This document shows positions 10,262 to 20,344 of a stretch of DNA of 57,122 bases, one piece after another; position 1 is the stretch's first letter, and the number at the start of each line of letters is the position of its first letter. The stretch comes from a virus (lineage: Duplodnaviria; Caudoviricetes): the IMG/VR virus record IMGVR_UViG_3300005537_000315, positions 1-57,122 of that record; one strand, written 5' to 3'. The notes beneath the pieces are model-generated. The model was not told the origin of the DNA. It made no database searches and was given only the letters and a program-made list of their open reading frames with translations. Position numbers and translations under genes: made by a program.

Positions 10262-10466
10262 TCTGTTTTTTCCTAATGTCGTCCATCATCACCTTCACCG
10301 TTTCATACGGAGTTTGGCGAATCATTTCCGTTTCCCAATGCATGAATCTATCGATCTCTTCTTGAGTAAAAAGATCGAATTTCTTGATGTCCTCATCCGT
10401 AAGTTCAACCTCGGCGGGTTGTGCGCCGAAAGCAATCCTCGGGTCTGTTCCGCCATTGTTGTTCAT
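10245..10466 (-). CDS. hypothetical protein
   Basis: Coupled ORF with RBS. Confidence 0.6.
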   Translation of the reverse strand: MNNNGGTDPRIAFGAQPAEVELTDEDIKKFDLFTQEEIDRFMHWETEMIRQTPYETVKVMMDDIRKKQNERES

Positions 10467-10903
10467 TTGTTCCTCGTTATCTTGCTTATGTCTCTACGAA
10501 GTTTAGGATTGTGCGGACAATACCCATGAAATCCTAAAGACATATTGCAATTATAGCAGGCGGGCTGATATCGCTTAGGAAATTTCTGTTTAACAATCAG
10601 ACGATAAAGAGAGCCTGAATTCAATTTTTTACCGAGTCTTTTTCTCTCTTCTGCCCCATCATTTTTGACATGGTCGAATGACAGGAATTCAAAACGAGTC
10701 TCTCCACAACAAAAACACTTGTGCCCATATCCATCGAGAGCCGCCTTTTTGAGCCTACGAAGATACCCACAATATCGAGCAGCACAATCTACACACGTCA
10801 GCTTACCTTTGCGATTTGCTGGCTGAACACCGCACATTGAACACAGTCCTGCTTTTTTCCAGCGTCGACGAATTTCTTTCTGGTATTCTTTGCTTGATGA
10901 CAT
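10463..10903 (-). CDS. HNH endonuclease
   Basis: CFCCGETRFEFLSFDHVKNDG...CYNCNMSLGFHGYCPH. Paralog of 41368..41793. Confidence 0.85.
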   Translation of the reverse strand: MSSSKEYQKEIRRRWKKAGLCSMCGVQPANRKGKLTCVDCAARYCGYLRRLKKAALDGYGHKCFCCGETRFEFLSFDHVKNDGAEERKRLGKKLNSGSLYRLIVKQKFPKRYQPACYNCNMSLGFHGYCPHNPKLRRDISKITRNK

Positions 10904-10904
10904 A

Positions 10905-11999
10905 CTATTTCCTGTAAAACGACCCTTCGAATCCGTCCGCTCCTAAAAGCAGCCCCGGTGCCCAATCAATGGGCGTGCTCATAATCTCGATCATTTCTTC
11001 TAGACCAAGACTAAACGGGTCTTTTGGCGTCAGCGTGATCCCTTCGTCGTGAACGTGGCCCACGCACGGCATATCACGCTCTTCGAAGTCCAGCAGCTTG
11101 ACAGCTAGAACGTCTCTCGCGAACCCTTGGACAATATTCTCGAAAATCTTTCCCCCATGAGTGTCGACGACGTCCCAATCTCCTTTCAAGTTCTCTTGGT
11201 GGTAATGCAGCGCTGGACGAGAAACGGGATTGCCATCCTTGTTTGTCCACGGCATTTCTTTTTCCGCGACGAACGCGTCCATATAGTGCAGCTTGCGTCC
11301 GCTCGGCAAGTGAATGCGCATCATCGGCTGACGACCTGCGATATTCAAACGGTCGATTAAAATACACCCGTTGGGACCGACGCGACGCTTTGTGTTCACC
11401 GCTTCGGGCTGCATCACGTCCAGCACGGCCTCTTCTAGCTGAACCCAGATTCCTTTCGGCTCACCGTTATATCCGTTGCCGCAGATTTCTCCGTACGATT
11501 TGCGAAAGACGTCGGTGACCATGTGGGCGTCTTTCATTTCCATATCGACGCCTTGACCGTAAGCAAATCCCCACAAGCCTGTTCTGATGCGGTCGTAAAT
11601 TCTCGGGCACGCGCATTTTGGCGATTTCTTTTTGGCCTCGGAGCACCCCTCTGCGTGCTCGACGTATGATGCCGTCCCGTTGCCCCATCCGCCGCCGCCC
11701 ATACGATAAATCGATCCCAACACGCCAATCTTTCCAAACTGGCGCTTGATTTTTGCTTCGGCCTTCGCCTGTTTCCCGTTAACGCCTTCTTTGTCAAGAA
11801 ACAGTCTTTCGTACGTGTACTGCGGATAAATCTTCGTTGCAAACGCGATGTATGAATCCTTCCCGTTACGACGGTACTTTCCCAAAGGATCGGTGTATGG
11901 ACGAAACACTTCGTGCAGCGAATGGCACTGAGCCACATAGGCTCCGACCCTGGTTTCGATTGCGTTCAGGTCGCATACGTTTAGGCGTTGCTCAGTCAT
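10905..11999 (-). CDS. DNA polymerase family A, C-terminal (palm/fingers) half
   Basis: Motif A DLNAIETRV, motif B RQFGKIGVLGSIY, ENIVQGFARD, motif C HVHDE. Confidence 0.92.
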   Translation of the reverse strand: MTEQRLNVCDLNAIETRVGAYVAQCHSLHEVFRPYTDPLGKYRRNGKDSYIAFATKIYPQYTYERLFLDKEGVNGKQAKAEAKIKRQFGKIGVLGSIYRMGGGGWGNGTASYVEHAEGCSEAKKKSPKCACPRIYDRIRTGLWGFAYGQGVDMEMKDAHMVTDVFRKSYGEICGNGYNGEPKGIWVQLEEAVLDVMQPEAVNTKRRVGPNGCILIDRLNIAGRQPMMRIHLPSGRKLHYMDAFVAEKEMPWTNKDGNPVSRPALHYHQENLKGDWDVVDTHGGKIFENIVQGFARDVLAVKLLDFEERDMPCVGHVHDEGITLTPKDPFSLGLEEMIEIMSTPIDWAPGLLLGADGFEGSFYRK

Positions 12000-12556
12000 A
12001 AACAGATCCTTTTGAGAAAGTCGCTAACTAACTTATCGCACGTTTCGGGAAAAAAGTTTTTAAAGAAGCGCAATCGTTGCCCTGGAGTGAGCTTCGAGAT
12101 CATGCCTTCCGCATGATTGCACGACGGATGACAAAAACCAAAAACGTAGCCTGTCTTGTGATCGTGATGAAGATGTGGGGTTCTCTTTGTTTTCCAGTCC
12201 AGCACTCCTCCGCAACCTACACAGAACTTACTCGTTTTCATAAGATGCAAAAGTTTTTCCGGTGATATGTTCGGTATAACGTGCCCTCTTCGCTTTGCCT
12301 GTGTGTTAAACAACAGCAGCCTATTTTTCGCGAAACTAAAAGGCAAACATTTAAAACACCACACGCGACGAATGCCGTGTGCGCAAATGCTGCCGCCACC
12401 GCAGTCTTTGCATCCGCTTCTTTGCTTTTTGTGCTGGCACGTTTGGCTTCCGCCGCACTCAACGCATTGAATTTTTATTTTCTTATGTTCACAAGTTGCA
12501 GAGCCGCCACATTCGACACAGCGGCTCTTTCTTCTACCGTGCTTGCATTCACTCAT
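11996..12556 (-). CDS. endonuclease VII-like homing endonuclease inserted in the polymerase gene
   Basis: Repeated CxHxxxxxxCxxCGG zinc modules, then HLHHDHKTGYVFGFCHPSCN. Confidence 0.85.
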   Translation of the reverse strand: MSECKHGRRKSRCVECGGSATCEHKKIKIQCVECGGSQTCQHKKQRSGCKDCGGGSICAHGIRRVWCFKCLPFSFAKNRLLLFNTQAKRRGHVIPNISPEKLLHLMKTSKFCVGCGGVLDWKTKRTPHLHHDHKTGYVFGFCHPSCNHAEGMISKLTPGQRLRFFKNFFPETCDKLVSDFLKRICL

Positions 12557-13790
12557 GCTGTGCACTCCCAGGAGCGACGAAAACCGTTCTGATTACAGAT
12601 TTAATCACTTCAAGAACGTTTCCATACTTTTCAACAATTCCTTGGTAGTCTCTTCTGTAAATCAATCTGCGTGCATCTTTAAGGGTGTCTATGTCTTCAA
12701 AATCAGCGCCTTTAACCTTTTTTGGTTGAGAAGGCCGAGGCATATTGTGCAATTGAACGGATGATCCTGACCATCGTCCGCATCTACTGCTGCCTAGATA
12801 TATAAATTGATTTCTTAAACGCCCATCGGGACATAAATGTCTCTTTACGGCATCAAGTTTGGTGTAGCTGGTTGATCCAGCCGACAACCTCTCTTCTAGA
12901 ACCGCTCGGCATTCCGGTGTCATCGTGTACTGTATGTCGCCTAGAGCGGCTTCGACGAACGCTTTATTCAGCGTGTTGTACGGATAACCACGACTGCGTA
13001 CCCACGGTAATAGTTGATCACGAGAGTTTGAATTTTCCAAACCTGTGATGGCGTTTTGTTTTTCTAACGCGATACGTTTCGCTTCCGTCGCGATCCACAA
13101 CGCGGCTTCGACAAACTCAAGATCAACAGGCATGCCTCGATCATTAACGTTTTGATCGAACAACCACACGCGACGCTCAAAATCAGACATCGGCCACGCT
13201 TGCAGAATTTCTTCGCGGCGAAGCAGTTCTTCCTCGGCATCCACGTCTCGCATGCAATACGCGCCAAATTGCGACCACTCCGCAGGATGAGAATTCCAAT
13301 CGTTGAAATATGTGCGAGGGTCGGGATTTTTCTTGGTTTTCTTTTCGACTATGGGTTCACAGAAGAGATTAATGAGGGCTGCGCCGCGCTTATCTTTGGC
13401 TAGGTGCACGGGAACGTCTAGGATAGAGCACATCGACTCCAAGTCAGGAGGCAAGCACAAATAGCGGCCCGCCACCTGGGGGTCGATGAATCTATCCGGG
13501 GCAATCTTTTTGCCTAGCTGAAACCATAGAACATAGCGCTCGAACGCGCTGTTAAACGCTTCGATCTGCACGTTCGGATCGTCCAGAGCGTCGTTAAGGT
13601 CTTTAGGCATCGGGCCTTCATGCGGCATCCACAAACGACGACACGGCCCTGTGTCGCCTGGGAGTTTGTAGCCCTGCATCAAAACCGAGGTGGTCGGGTG
13701 CGTCATATAATTAAATAAGCCGACACCCGTGCTGCCGCCGATTAAGACGTGGCTACGTGTTTCGAAGTCCGTTTTAAGAACTTGAGTCAT
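12549..13790 (-). CDS. DNA polymerase family A, N-terminal (3'-5' exonuclease/thumb) half
   Basis: DFET, AFNSAFER, YCMRDV, GRWSGSSVQLHNMPR. It ends at IRTVFVAP, just before motif A. Confidence 0.92.
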   Translation of the reverse strand: MTQVLKTDFETRSHVLIGGSTGVGLFNYMTHPTTSVLMQGYKLPGDTGPCRRLWMPHEGPMPKDLNDALDDPNVQIEAFNSAFERYVLWFQLGKKIAPDRFIDPQVAGRYLCLPPDLESMCSILDVPVHLAKDKRGAALINLFCEPIVEKKTKKNPDPRTYFNDWNSHPAEWSQFGAYCMRDVDAEEELLRREEILQAWPMSDFERRVWLFDQNVNDRGMPVDLEFVEAALWIATEAKRIALEKQNAITGLENSNSRDQLLPWVRSRGYPYNTLNKAFVEAALGDIQYTMTPECRAVLEERLSAGSTSYTKLDAVKRHLCPDGRLRNQFIYLGSSRCGRWSGSSVQLHNMPRPSQPKKVKGADFEDIDTLKDARRLIYRRDYQGIVEKYGNVLEVIKSVIRTVFVAPGSAQHE

Positions 13791-15852
13791 CCGATTCCAT
13801 TCTGATCAAAATCTGTACTCTGCGCGGGTCTGTTCTGCCGCCCGTGCCTAGCACTCGAACGATACCCGCTTTCTGCAACCCGTAAAACGCCTGACTCCAA
13901 GCCGTTGTGCCCTCGCGATCAGCGTGGCACACGCGCTTCAACTCACGTTCAAGCAGTTCACCTTTCTTCATTTCTAGTGCCTGTCGGATTCGTAATTGTA
14001 GCGCAGCTTCTCGATTCTTGGCATCGTAAGTTCTTAGAAACTGCTTGACCTTGATCTCGTAACGAACGATATCGCAGCCACGGTCTATACACTCGTCGTC
14101 AATAATCGATATTCCCAAGTCTACGGCGATAGCCAAAGCCCACTTAACGGCGCGGCTAACATAGCGATCTCCGAGAGGCACCAACGCTTGTAGCTTCGTA
14201 TTGTTCCAGTTTTCTACTTCGAACACGCCTTGCTGAATTGCGCGGTCGATCAACTGTCGAGTCTGCGTAGCATTTTCGAAAATATTTACTTCCTCTTTTA
14301 TTCTACGCTCAGGGAGAACCTCGGGTTCAAGAAGAAACATAGTACGGTCGTTCAAGCCCGTATCATTGCCGTTCAGTCGAGACCACAGGTCTTGAAATGT
14401 CTCAGTCGTACAGCAAGTGATCAAACTTACGCAGTACGACCCTGGATCAAGCGAAAACTTTTCTTTCGCGTGCTTCACCGAGTTTCCAAATTTTTTCGAT
14501 TCATACAAAGTCAACAACTGAGACGATAACGTGCTTCCATCAACGCCAGCCTTCTTAATCAACTGCGAAAGTTCATCGTAAAAAATCAAGGCGTTTTTGC
14601 AGTTTGTTCTCTGCATATCGATGCCCAGACCTTCCGCAGAGCCGGGTGTCCACACGATAGTCTTGCCGTCTGCGGTCTTCAAGCCGCCGTCGTGAGACAA
14701 GCAGCCGATGTAATTGAAGTAGCTCATCGCGTCTTCCACGCACGATGATTTGTTTGTCAAACCGCGCTTTCCGATCACGACTAGATACTGGCTCATGTTC
14801 AAGGCTTTTTGCGCAAACTGCCCTTTCAGTTGAACCTTGGTGCCAAGATAGTTCGACATCGTCGCCATCGCAGGCAGCCACATGAAATAATCGATGCGGC
14901 TGTTGTGCTTGCAAACAGGCTTTACTAAATTCTCGTACAGCGACGTGTTTGAGAAAACGTAAGTCGGAAACTGCGGATACTCCGCGTCTTCGAAAACAGG
15001 AACTTCGATGTCTTCCGCAGCCGAGACAATGTTTTCATCTGGGCGCTGATTCAATTGCAGCGCCATCGACGCGGCTGGATTCGGCTCGTAGCGCTCAAAC
15101 GAACGTGCTACTTGACGAACTTTTGTTTCGTCGATTGGCGGCTCGCAATTCGCGTGTACCAACCCAATGAGTGTTTGTTCGAGAGTAGGAATATCCATTC
15201 CCATCTCGCGCAGACGACCTGCTTGCGAAACCAGCCAACCATGAATGTATCCATGTGGCACTAGACCGCGTTCGCTTCTCGGCTCAGCACCGCCTTTGGC
15301 TACCACGGGTTTTTTCTCGGTGCGCTGGTCTATCAACCACTGCACAAACCAATCCGGCGCGTGCACAGGAGCCACGCCAGGAGTCAAGCAAACGTACGGC
15401 TGCCCAGAGTCTGGATGGATCGATCCCGCAGCCACGACGTATTGATTACGAACGCGGACAGAAAAGTCGCCGCCGCGCACATAGGTCTGGGGCAGATTGC
15501 CCATCTCAAGAGCGAGCGGCGTGTTGCGAAAGTAAACGTGTCCGCGCCCCATGCGTGAACGCACGAGATACGTCTTTACTTCACCTAGCAGATTGTGCCC
15601 CGTGTCGGCCTGGATGCGGTCAAACACACGAGGGTCGTCGGCTTCAAAAAAGAATATGCCGTCTGATGCGCCGCTCGCTACCGCACCGCAGTTAATGTCG
15701 CCGTACATTCGATCCCAGATTTCAATTTGTTGTGGGTCGGTGGTCGCAGAGGTGGGCCAGTCTGGAAGGAATGCGGCCTTCGAGTTTGCTCTGATAGGAG
15801 TGACAGGAATACCTAAAGCCGCTGTCGGAAGCGCTATGTCGCGAAAACTCAT
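13774..15852 (-). CDS. bifunctional primase-polymerase domain protein with C-terminal helicase-like domain
   Basis: Prim-Pol N-terminus (GIPVTPI..SK...W...ATTD, GRGHVYF, YVVAAGSIHP) and a PriCT-like region. The C-terminus is a degenerate P-loop domain (TNKSS, FYDELS). Confidence 0.85.
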   Translation of the reverse strand: MSFRDIALPTAALGIPVTPIRANSKAAFLPDWPTSATTDPQQIEIWDRMYGDINCGAVASGASDGIFFFEADDPRVFDRIQADTGHNLLGEVKTYLVRSRMGRGHVYFRNTPLALEMGNLPQTYVRGGDFSVRVRNQYVVAAGSIHPDSGQPYVCLTPGVAPVHAPDWFVQWLIDQRTEKKPVVAKGGAEPRSERGLVPHGYIHGWLVSQAGRLREMGMDIPTLEQTLIGLVHANCEPPIDETKVRQVARSFERYEPNPAASMALQLNQRPDENIVSAAEDIEVPVFEDAEYPQFPTYVFSNTSLYENLVKPVCKHNSRIDYFMWLPAMATMSNYLGTKVQLKGQFAQKALNMSQYLVVIGKRGLTNKSSCVEDAMSYFNYIGCLSHDGGLKTADGKTIVWTPGSAEGLGIDMQRTNCKNALIFYDELSQLIKKAGVDGSTLSSQLLTLYESKKFGNSVKHAKEKFSLDPGSYCVSLITCCTTETFQDLWSRLNGNDTGLNDRTMFLLEPEVLPERRIKEEVNIFENATQTRQLIDRAIQQGVFEVENWNNTKLQALVPLGDRYVSRAVKWALAIAVDLGISIIDDECIDRGCDIVRYEIKVKQFLRTYDAKNREAALQLRIRQALEMKKGELLERELKRVCHADREGTTAWSQAFYGLQKAGIVRVLGTGGRTDPRRVQILIRMESDDSSS

Positions 15853-15864
15853 TGTTCCCCTTCG

Positions 15865-15893
15865 TGTATACCACGAATCGGCAAAAAAGTCAA
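15865..15893 (-). promoter_or_regulatory. sigma70-like promoter for the replication operon
   Basis: TTGACT-17-TATACA. Confidence 0.6.
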
Positions 15894-15954
15894 GGGGGAG
15901 TTCTCTCACTCCCCAGTCACACCACTTTGAGCAGGTGTCGCTGCCGAGGGAAAA

Positions 15955-16620
15955 TTAGAAGGGACGGGTCGGGTCTGCTGGCGCTCCAAGATTGACGGTG
16001 TTACCCGCCTTGCTTTGGGCTGCCAGGAAAGCCGCGATCTGTTCCGGCGTTGGCTGCGCCACAGGTGCTGCCGCAGGTAATGTGGCGGCTGCTGCGGCTT
16101 GTGGCGTCGCGTATGTCTGAACAGGCTGGCCGTTCGGTCCTGCTACGGTCTTGGCGCGGTTCTTGAAGCGCACGTAGCCTTGCGGAACCGGAGGCGGCGC
16201 AGGCATCCCTGGAGGGATCGGGCCGATGCCGTCAACGTTGGCAAATGGATCGTTAACGTCCTTCGGGTTCGGCGCGTGAACGACGACAATGATGCTGGAA
16301 CGACCGAGAACCAATCCTTCAAGTTGCTCGGTTGAGGTGATGACTGGGGGTGCTTGCCCCAGAATCTGAGTTAGACGCTTTGGCAATTCGGCCTTCGCGC
16401 CCATGTTGGCATTCAATTGAAGAGTTGCTTCAATCGCCTTGCCGCCTTCCTTGCTGAGATACAACTGTCCGTTCAAGTGAGCCAGCACCCAGTGGAAGCG
16501 TAGACGATCTTTCGTGCCGTATTGCGTTTGCACTTGCGGCAGATCAACGACGTCCACCAACGTTGCCAAATACATTCCGGGCGCGGGGCGCTCGAATTTT
16601 GCTCCTTGTGCGATTTGCAT
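15955..16620 (-). CDS. putative single-stranded DNA-binding protein
   Basis: FERPAPGMYLATLVDVVDL beta-rich domain with a flexible tail ending PF, next to primase. Confidence 0.55.
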   Translation of the reverse strand: MQIAQGAKFERPAPGMYLATLVDVVDLPQVQTQYGTKDRLRFHWVLAHLNGQLYLSKEGGKAIEATLQLNANMGAKAELPKRLTQILGQAPPVITSTEQLEGLVLGRSSIIVVVHAPNPKDVNDPFANVDGIGPIPPGMPAPPPVPQGYVRFKNRAKTVAGPNGQPVQTYATPQAAAAATLPAAAPVAQPTPEQIAAFLAAQSKAGNTVNLGAPADPTRPF

Positions 16621-17091
16621 TTATTTCTCCTTTTTAAGTCTTTCGACTTTTAGTTTTAGTCCTTCGACTTGTCTTTCGAGTCCTTTGATTCGGTGTTTTT
16701 GTCTCCCTAAAATCTTAATCAGTTGTTGATACGTTTGATTTCTTGGAGATGTCCACACTAAATTGCCAGGAACGAAACCTTTTTTGTGATCAATAACGTG
16801 TAGTGTACTTCCAGTTGGCCTTCTTCCTAAATTTGCTATTATCCAATCAGCACCAGCTTTTAAAGACCCGTTCTTCTTTGGATTCCAGCCATCGAAAAAA
16901 GGCATGCCTTTGTAGTTTCTGTTTTTAGGGTTTTTCTTATCAAAAATCCTATGGTAGTGTCCCTGAACCGAAGTGTGCTCTATGTTCTTTTCTCGCCATT
17001 TGGCTTTATACAGTTTTCTCTCTTCTTTGTGCTCTTCGTAATATTTACGGGCTTGTTTTCTCCTCTTAATCAGATGCCCTCTTTTAGTCAC
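16621..17091 (-). CDS. HNH-like endonuclease
   Basis: LGRRPTGSTLHVIDHKKGFVPGNLVW resembles the SLDRIDN..GYxPGNxRW class. Confidence 0.7.
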   Translation of the reverse strand: MTKRGHLIKRRKQARKYYEEHKEERKLYKAKWREKNIEHTSVQGHYHRIFDKKNPKNRNYKGMPFFDGWNPKKNGSLKAGADWIIANLGRRPTGSTLHVIDHKKGFVPGNLVWTSPRNQTYQQLIKILGRQKHRIKGLERQVEGLKLKVERLKKEK

Positions 17092-17833
17092 GTAGGTTCT
17101 CCAGCAGAAAATCCTTCGTGATAGAGATGTCGAACGGCACGCTGGATTTCAGCTTGTCGAAGTCGCACTCTTTCACGCCCTGCCACCACACACGAAAGTC
17201 TGGATTCCAGCGGAAACCCGCTTTCTTCGCGACTTTGTTTGTGGCCTTGCTATTCGCTTGATGACTCAAGACAACGAATGTCGGAGATATAGCTCGCGCC
17301 ATAATTCCGTCAAGGTCGTGCCAGAGAATCAATCGAAGCACCGCTTTGGTGTCATCGAGGGCGCAATGCTTGTCGTAAGTGAAGCTTACGTCTCGACCTG
17401 TTTTGGGGTCTCGCGCGTTGGCACACATTTTGACGAGGGCCTCCCCTTTGACGCCGGGAATGTCCGTCATCGTGTCAACGCCGATTTTCTCAGGCAGAGC
17501 GAGGCCGAGGCGCTTGGCGGTGTTCCTTAAAAGAGGAAGGTCGAACCACGTTATATTGTGACCTATCACCGCGTCGGCTGCGCTAAAATATTCGGCACAT
17601 GCCTCAACCGCGTCTGTCTGAGTGTACCCAAATCTATTCACCATATCTTGATCAATCCTGCTAATCTCGGCGGCCTCGCCTTCAATCACCTTGTCGGTGT
17701 CGGTCACCAAGAAGCTGGTTTGCTCAAGAATTCGTTCGCGTCCTGTTGAATACAGCGCCAACCCGACTTCGCGAATACGATCTTCGTTCGGGTTAGTTCC
17801 GGTCGATTCAAAATCGAAGGACGCTAAAATCAT
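17084..17833 (-). CDS. DEDDh 3'-5' exonuclease (DnaQ-like)
   Basis: FDFESTG, GHNITWFD, HCALDD. Confidence 0.9.
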   Translation of the reverse strand: MILASFDFESTGTNPNEDRIREVGLALYSTGRERILEQTSFLVTDTDKVIEGEAAEISRIDQDMVNRFGYTQTDAVEACAEYFSAADAVIGHNITWFDLPLLRNTAKRLGLALPEKIGVDTMTDIPGVKGEALVKMCANARDPKTGRDVSFTYDKHCALDDTKAVLRLILWHDLDGIMARAISPTFVVLSHQANSKATNKVAKKAGFRWNPDFRVWWQGVKECDFDKLKSSVPFDISITKDFLLENLRD

Positions 17834-18186
17834 TGAATTGTTACATCCTTTCCGCTCGGCACAATCGATTTGCCTTCGGCTTCACTGTACACAGGAACCT
17901 CGCCTGCGAGAAGTTGCACTCGATACGACAAGTGAGTGATCATGTGCAATGGCACCGTGATCCACTGATCGAGTTTTCCGATTTGTCGTTTGTTCGGGTC
18001 GCGATAGGCTTTCATGGCACCAGAGCCTGCAATATCCGCCATCCGGTCATCGATGAAACTGTTTAGTTGGGCATCGGAATCCGCGTCGACATTGAACACT
18101 TGTACGATTTCTTTAGGAAGACTTCCGTCTGGCGGCATCCTCCAAAGATCGATGTGGCCTACAATGCTGACGCGGTATCCCGGCAT
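17830..18186 (-). CDS. hypothetical protein
   Basis: Operon-packed ORF. Confidence 0.7.
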   Translation of the reverse strand: MPGYRVSIVGHIDLWRMPPDGSLPKEIVQVFNVDADSDAQLNSFIDDRMADIAGSGAMKAYRDPNKRQIGKLDQWITVPLHMITHLSYRVQLLAGEVPVYSEAEGKSIVPSGKDVTIQ

Positions 18187-18190
18187 GACT

Positions 18191-18583
18191 TTATCCCTGG
18201 ACGAGAACCGGGCCGCCCGTGCCTGTTTTCAAATTGGCATCCGATTGACGCGCCGCGTCTGCCGCTGCTGCCGCTGCCTTCACTGCCGCTGGCGTTGCGT
18301 TATCGATGATGCGCTTCTGCTCGGGAGGGTTATGAACGCCACTCTTGATCTGTTCGATCTCGCAGATGTCGCCGCAGTATAAAAACTCGCGGCCATCTTG
18401 GGTCTTGACAAATCGAATACTCGCCAACCAAAGATTGTTCTTCTTGATTTCCTCGACGGCGACTTTGTCCATAGCATTGTAACTCGCTTCGTTTGTGCAG
18501 CCGGGGCGGTCACATTTAACGATTGACGTAGCAGCCGAAGGTCTTTCCTGTCCTACCACCTGAGTGATGATATTCGTGATCAT
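18191..18583 (-). CDS. hypothetical Cys-motif protein
   Basis: GGAG RBS, CDRPGC and YCGDIC. Confidence 0.7.
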   Translation of the reverse strand: MITNIITQVVGQERPSAATSIVKCDRPGCTNEASYNAMDKVAVEEIKKNNLWLASIRFVKTQDGREFLYCGDICEIEQIKSGVHNPPEQKRIIDNATPAAVKAAAAAADAARQSDANLKTGTGGPVLVQG

Positions 18584-18599
18584 TCTTTATGCTCCTGTA

Positions 18600-19184
18600 T
18601 TAGATAGACCAATCAAAAACATCTTGTGGCCTACACAATTTGTTGAATCGTGAGAGATAGAGGAGTTTGTTCTGATGGAACGTCCTCTCCGTGATAATCA
18701 CGTCGGCAGCTTTCTCGTCGTCAGACCACTTGAACGTGAATTCTTTTGTCGGCATCAATTGTGCCTTTTCCGCGTATAGCATCCAGTTATCGACCGCTTT
18801 GATACAAGGTGGCTCATGCGGATCGAGTCCGTATTTAACGTAAATCAAATCCTGAATCACCTTCTCAACTTTTCGATACTCTAAACCAACGGGTGTGAAG
18901 TGCTTCAAAGGACGATTGACGTCGCTTATATAACTTTCACTGGCGTCGTGCAATAAAAATTTAAGCGCGTGTTCTCTATCGCTGGCGCAAGTGCAGTCTT
19001 CTGGACGAATAAAGCTACCCAGATACTCGTGCTGCGTCACAGGGTACGGAAATTTGCAATGTCCCGTGAATCGATTCATCTGACTTCCTGCGTGTGCGAT
19101 ATCCTCAATACAAATCATATCCATTATCGGACTGAGAATATCGAACATCTTGCCAGTGAACGTCTGAATCGTAGCTTGACTCAT
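18600..19184 (-). CDS. HD-domain deoxynucleotide phosphohydrolase (YfbR-like)
   Basis: IEDIAH...RFTGH...VTQH...LLHDASESYISD. Confidence 0.88.
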   Translation of the reverse strand: MSQATIQTFTGKMFDILSPIMDMICIEDIAHAGSQMNRFTGHCKFPYPVTQHEYLGSFIRPEDCTCASDREHALKFLLHDASESYISDVNRPLKHFTPVGLEYRKVEKVIQDLIYVKYGLDPHEPPCIKAVDNWMLYAEKAQLMPTKEFTFKWSDDEKAADVIITERTFHQNKLLYLSRFNKLCRPQDVFDWSI

Positions 19185-19185
19185 T

Positions 19186-19485
19186 TTATCCCTTCGCTAC
19201 TTTCTCCTCATAATGGCGCGGTGCAAATTGGCCGTTTGCTCTGAGGTTCTCCAAGGCCGAGATAGCGAGACCCGCGACCTTGATTAATTTCTGTTCTGCT
19301 TCGCTTGGCGGCGTTTTCATCTTGGCCGCATCGCCAGCATACATGACGATGTAGGCGACCCAATCGTTTAGTGTGTTTTTAGAATCGAACTCGGTGCCCC
19401 ACTTCTCACGAGAGTATTCAAGTTCTTTTTCAATGTCTCGATATAGATTGAGACGAACAGCCTGCCGTTCTTGTTCAAATGCCAT
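19186..19485 (-). CDS. hypothetical protein, possible MazG-like fold
   Basis: ELEYSREKWG...LIKVAGLAISALE. Confidence 0.5.
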   Translation of the reverse strand: MAFEQERQAVRLNLYRDIEKELEYSREKWGTEFDSKNTLNDWVAYIVMYAGDAAKMKTPPSEAEQKLIKVAGLAISALENLRANGQFAPRHYEEKVAKG

Positions 19486-20167
19486 GTAAGCCTCTCAAAT
19501 ATTCAACGTACGTGATCGCTAGCTCTCCAGTCAACGCCGCGTGCCCGTCCGAGTTAACGATCTTCAAATCCCACGCCCAACTGTCCAACGCTGTTTCGGA
19601 TATGTGATTCGCTGGGCGATCCGGCGCGACAAAAAGTGAACCGTCCGCGTTCAACCGCGTAACGTTGAAGGTGTACCCGCCCAAGTCCTTAACTGCTTGA
19701 GCCTCGTTCGGGAAGCGCGTGTCGGTGATCAAGGCCACGTCGGGGTTTTCTTTTTTGATTTGCGCGACGGTTTTATCTACCCAATAGTTCTCGCCAAAAC
19801 ATACGCGACGAAGGTCAGTGCCCCACCACTGAAGTAATGCGCCCCATTTACCGTACGGGGCAGCACCGCTCTTCGGAAGCGTCGGGGCTTCTAACACCCA
19901 TTTAGGAAGCCCGAATGGAATACCATCGACGAACACCGCGCCTTTTTCACGAAGTGCGTCTATTCCGCCAGCTTCCGCTATTGCGCCATTAGCCTCGGCG
20001 TACAACGCGTCGGCCCACTTGTAGATTTTGGCGTTAATGATCTTGGAGCCGATCTGCCCGTGCTTGTGAAACAGCTTCGCGTGCCTTTCGTAGTAATCCC
20101 GAACCGCCTCGCCTGCGGTGTCTTTCCCGTGCCTCGCTTTATTTCCAAACCCAATGACCAGTGTCAT
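19475..20167 (-). CDS. deoxynucleoside monophosphate kinase
   Basis: GNKARHGKDT P-loop, LQWWGTDLRR, ITDTRFPNE, HISE. Confidence 0.88.
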   Translation of the reverse strand: MTLVIGFGNKARHGKDTAGEAVRDYYERHAKLFHKHGQIGSKIINAKIYKWADALYAEANGAIAEAGGIDALREKGAVFVDGIPFGLPKWVLEAPTLPKSGAAPYGKWGALLQWWGTDLRRVCFGENYWVDKTVAQIKKENPDVALITDTRFPNEAQAVKDLGGYTFNVTRLNADGSLFVAPDRPANHISETALDSWAWDLKIVNSDGHAALTGELAITYVEYLRGLHGI

Positions 20168-20344
20168 TCAAACACTCCCGTTATGCGAATTTCTTCATCC
20201 AGTACGTCGCCTTGGAGCCTCATCAAGCTGCGATTTCGACATCTGCTTTGCCTTTTGTAGCCCCTCTTCTAAAGAGTCTGCGGGAATCTGGGCCTCGTAA
20301 AGACCTTCGATCTTGTAGTGAACTGTGACTTTTTTCTGCTTCAT
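20164..20344 (-). pseudogene. small hypothetical gene with a 1-nt frameshift
   Basis: MKQKKVTVHY...DEAP, then GDVLDEEIRITGVFE in a shifted frame, ending in an ATGA overlap with the kinase start. Confidence 0.5.

Noticed and set aside
11996-12556. Intein or group I intron in the polymerase
   Set aside because: Separate stop and start codons, no Cys/His-Asn splice residues, and no non-coding sequence for a ribozyme core.
18600-19485. Z-base (2-aminoadenine) pathway from the HD hydrolase plus MazG-like genes
   Set aside because: No PurZ or adenylosuccinate synthetase homolog in the window, and such hydrolases are common in ordinary phages.
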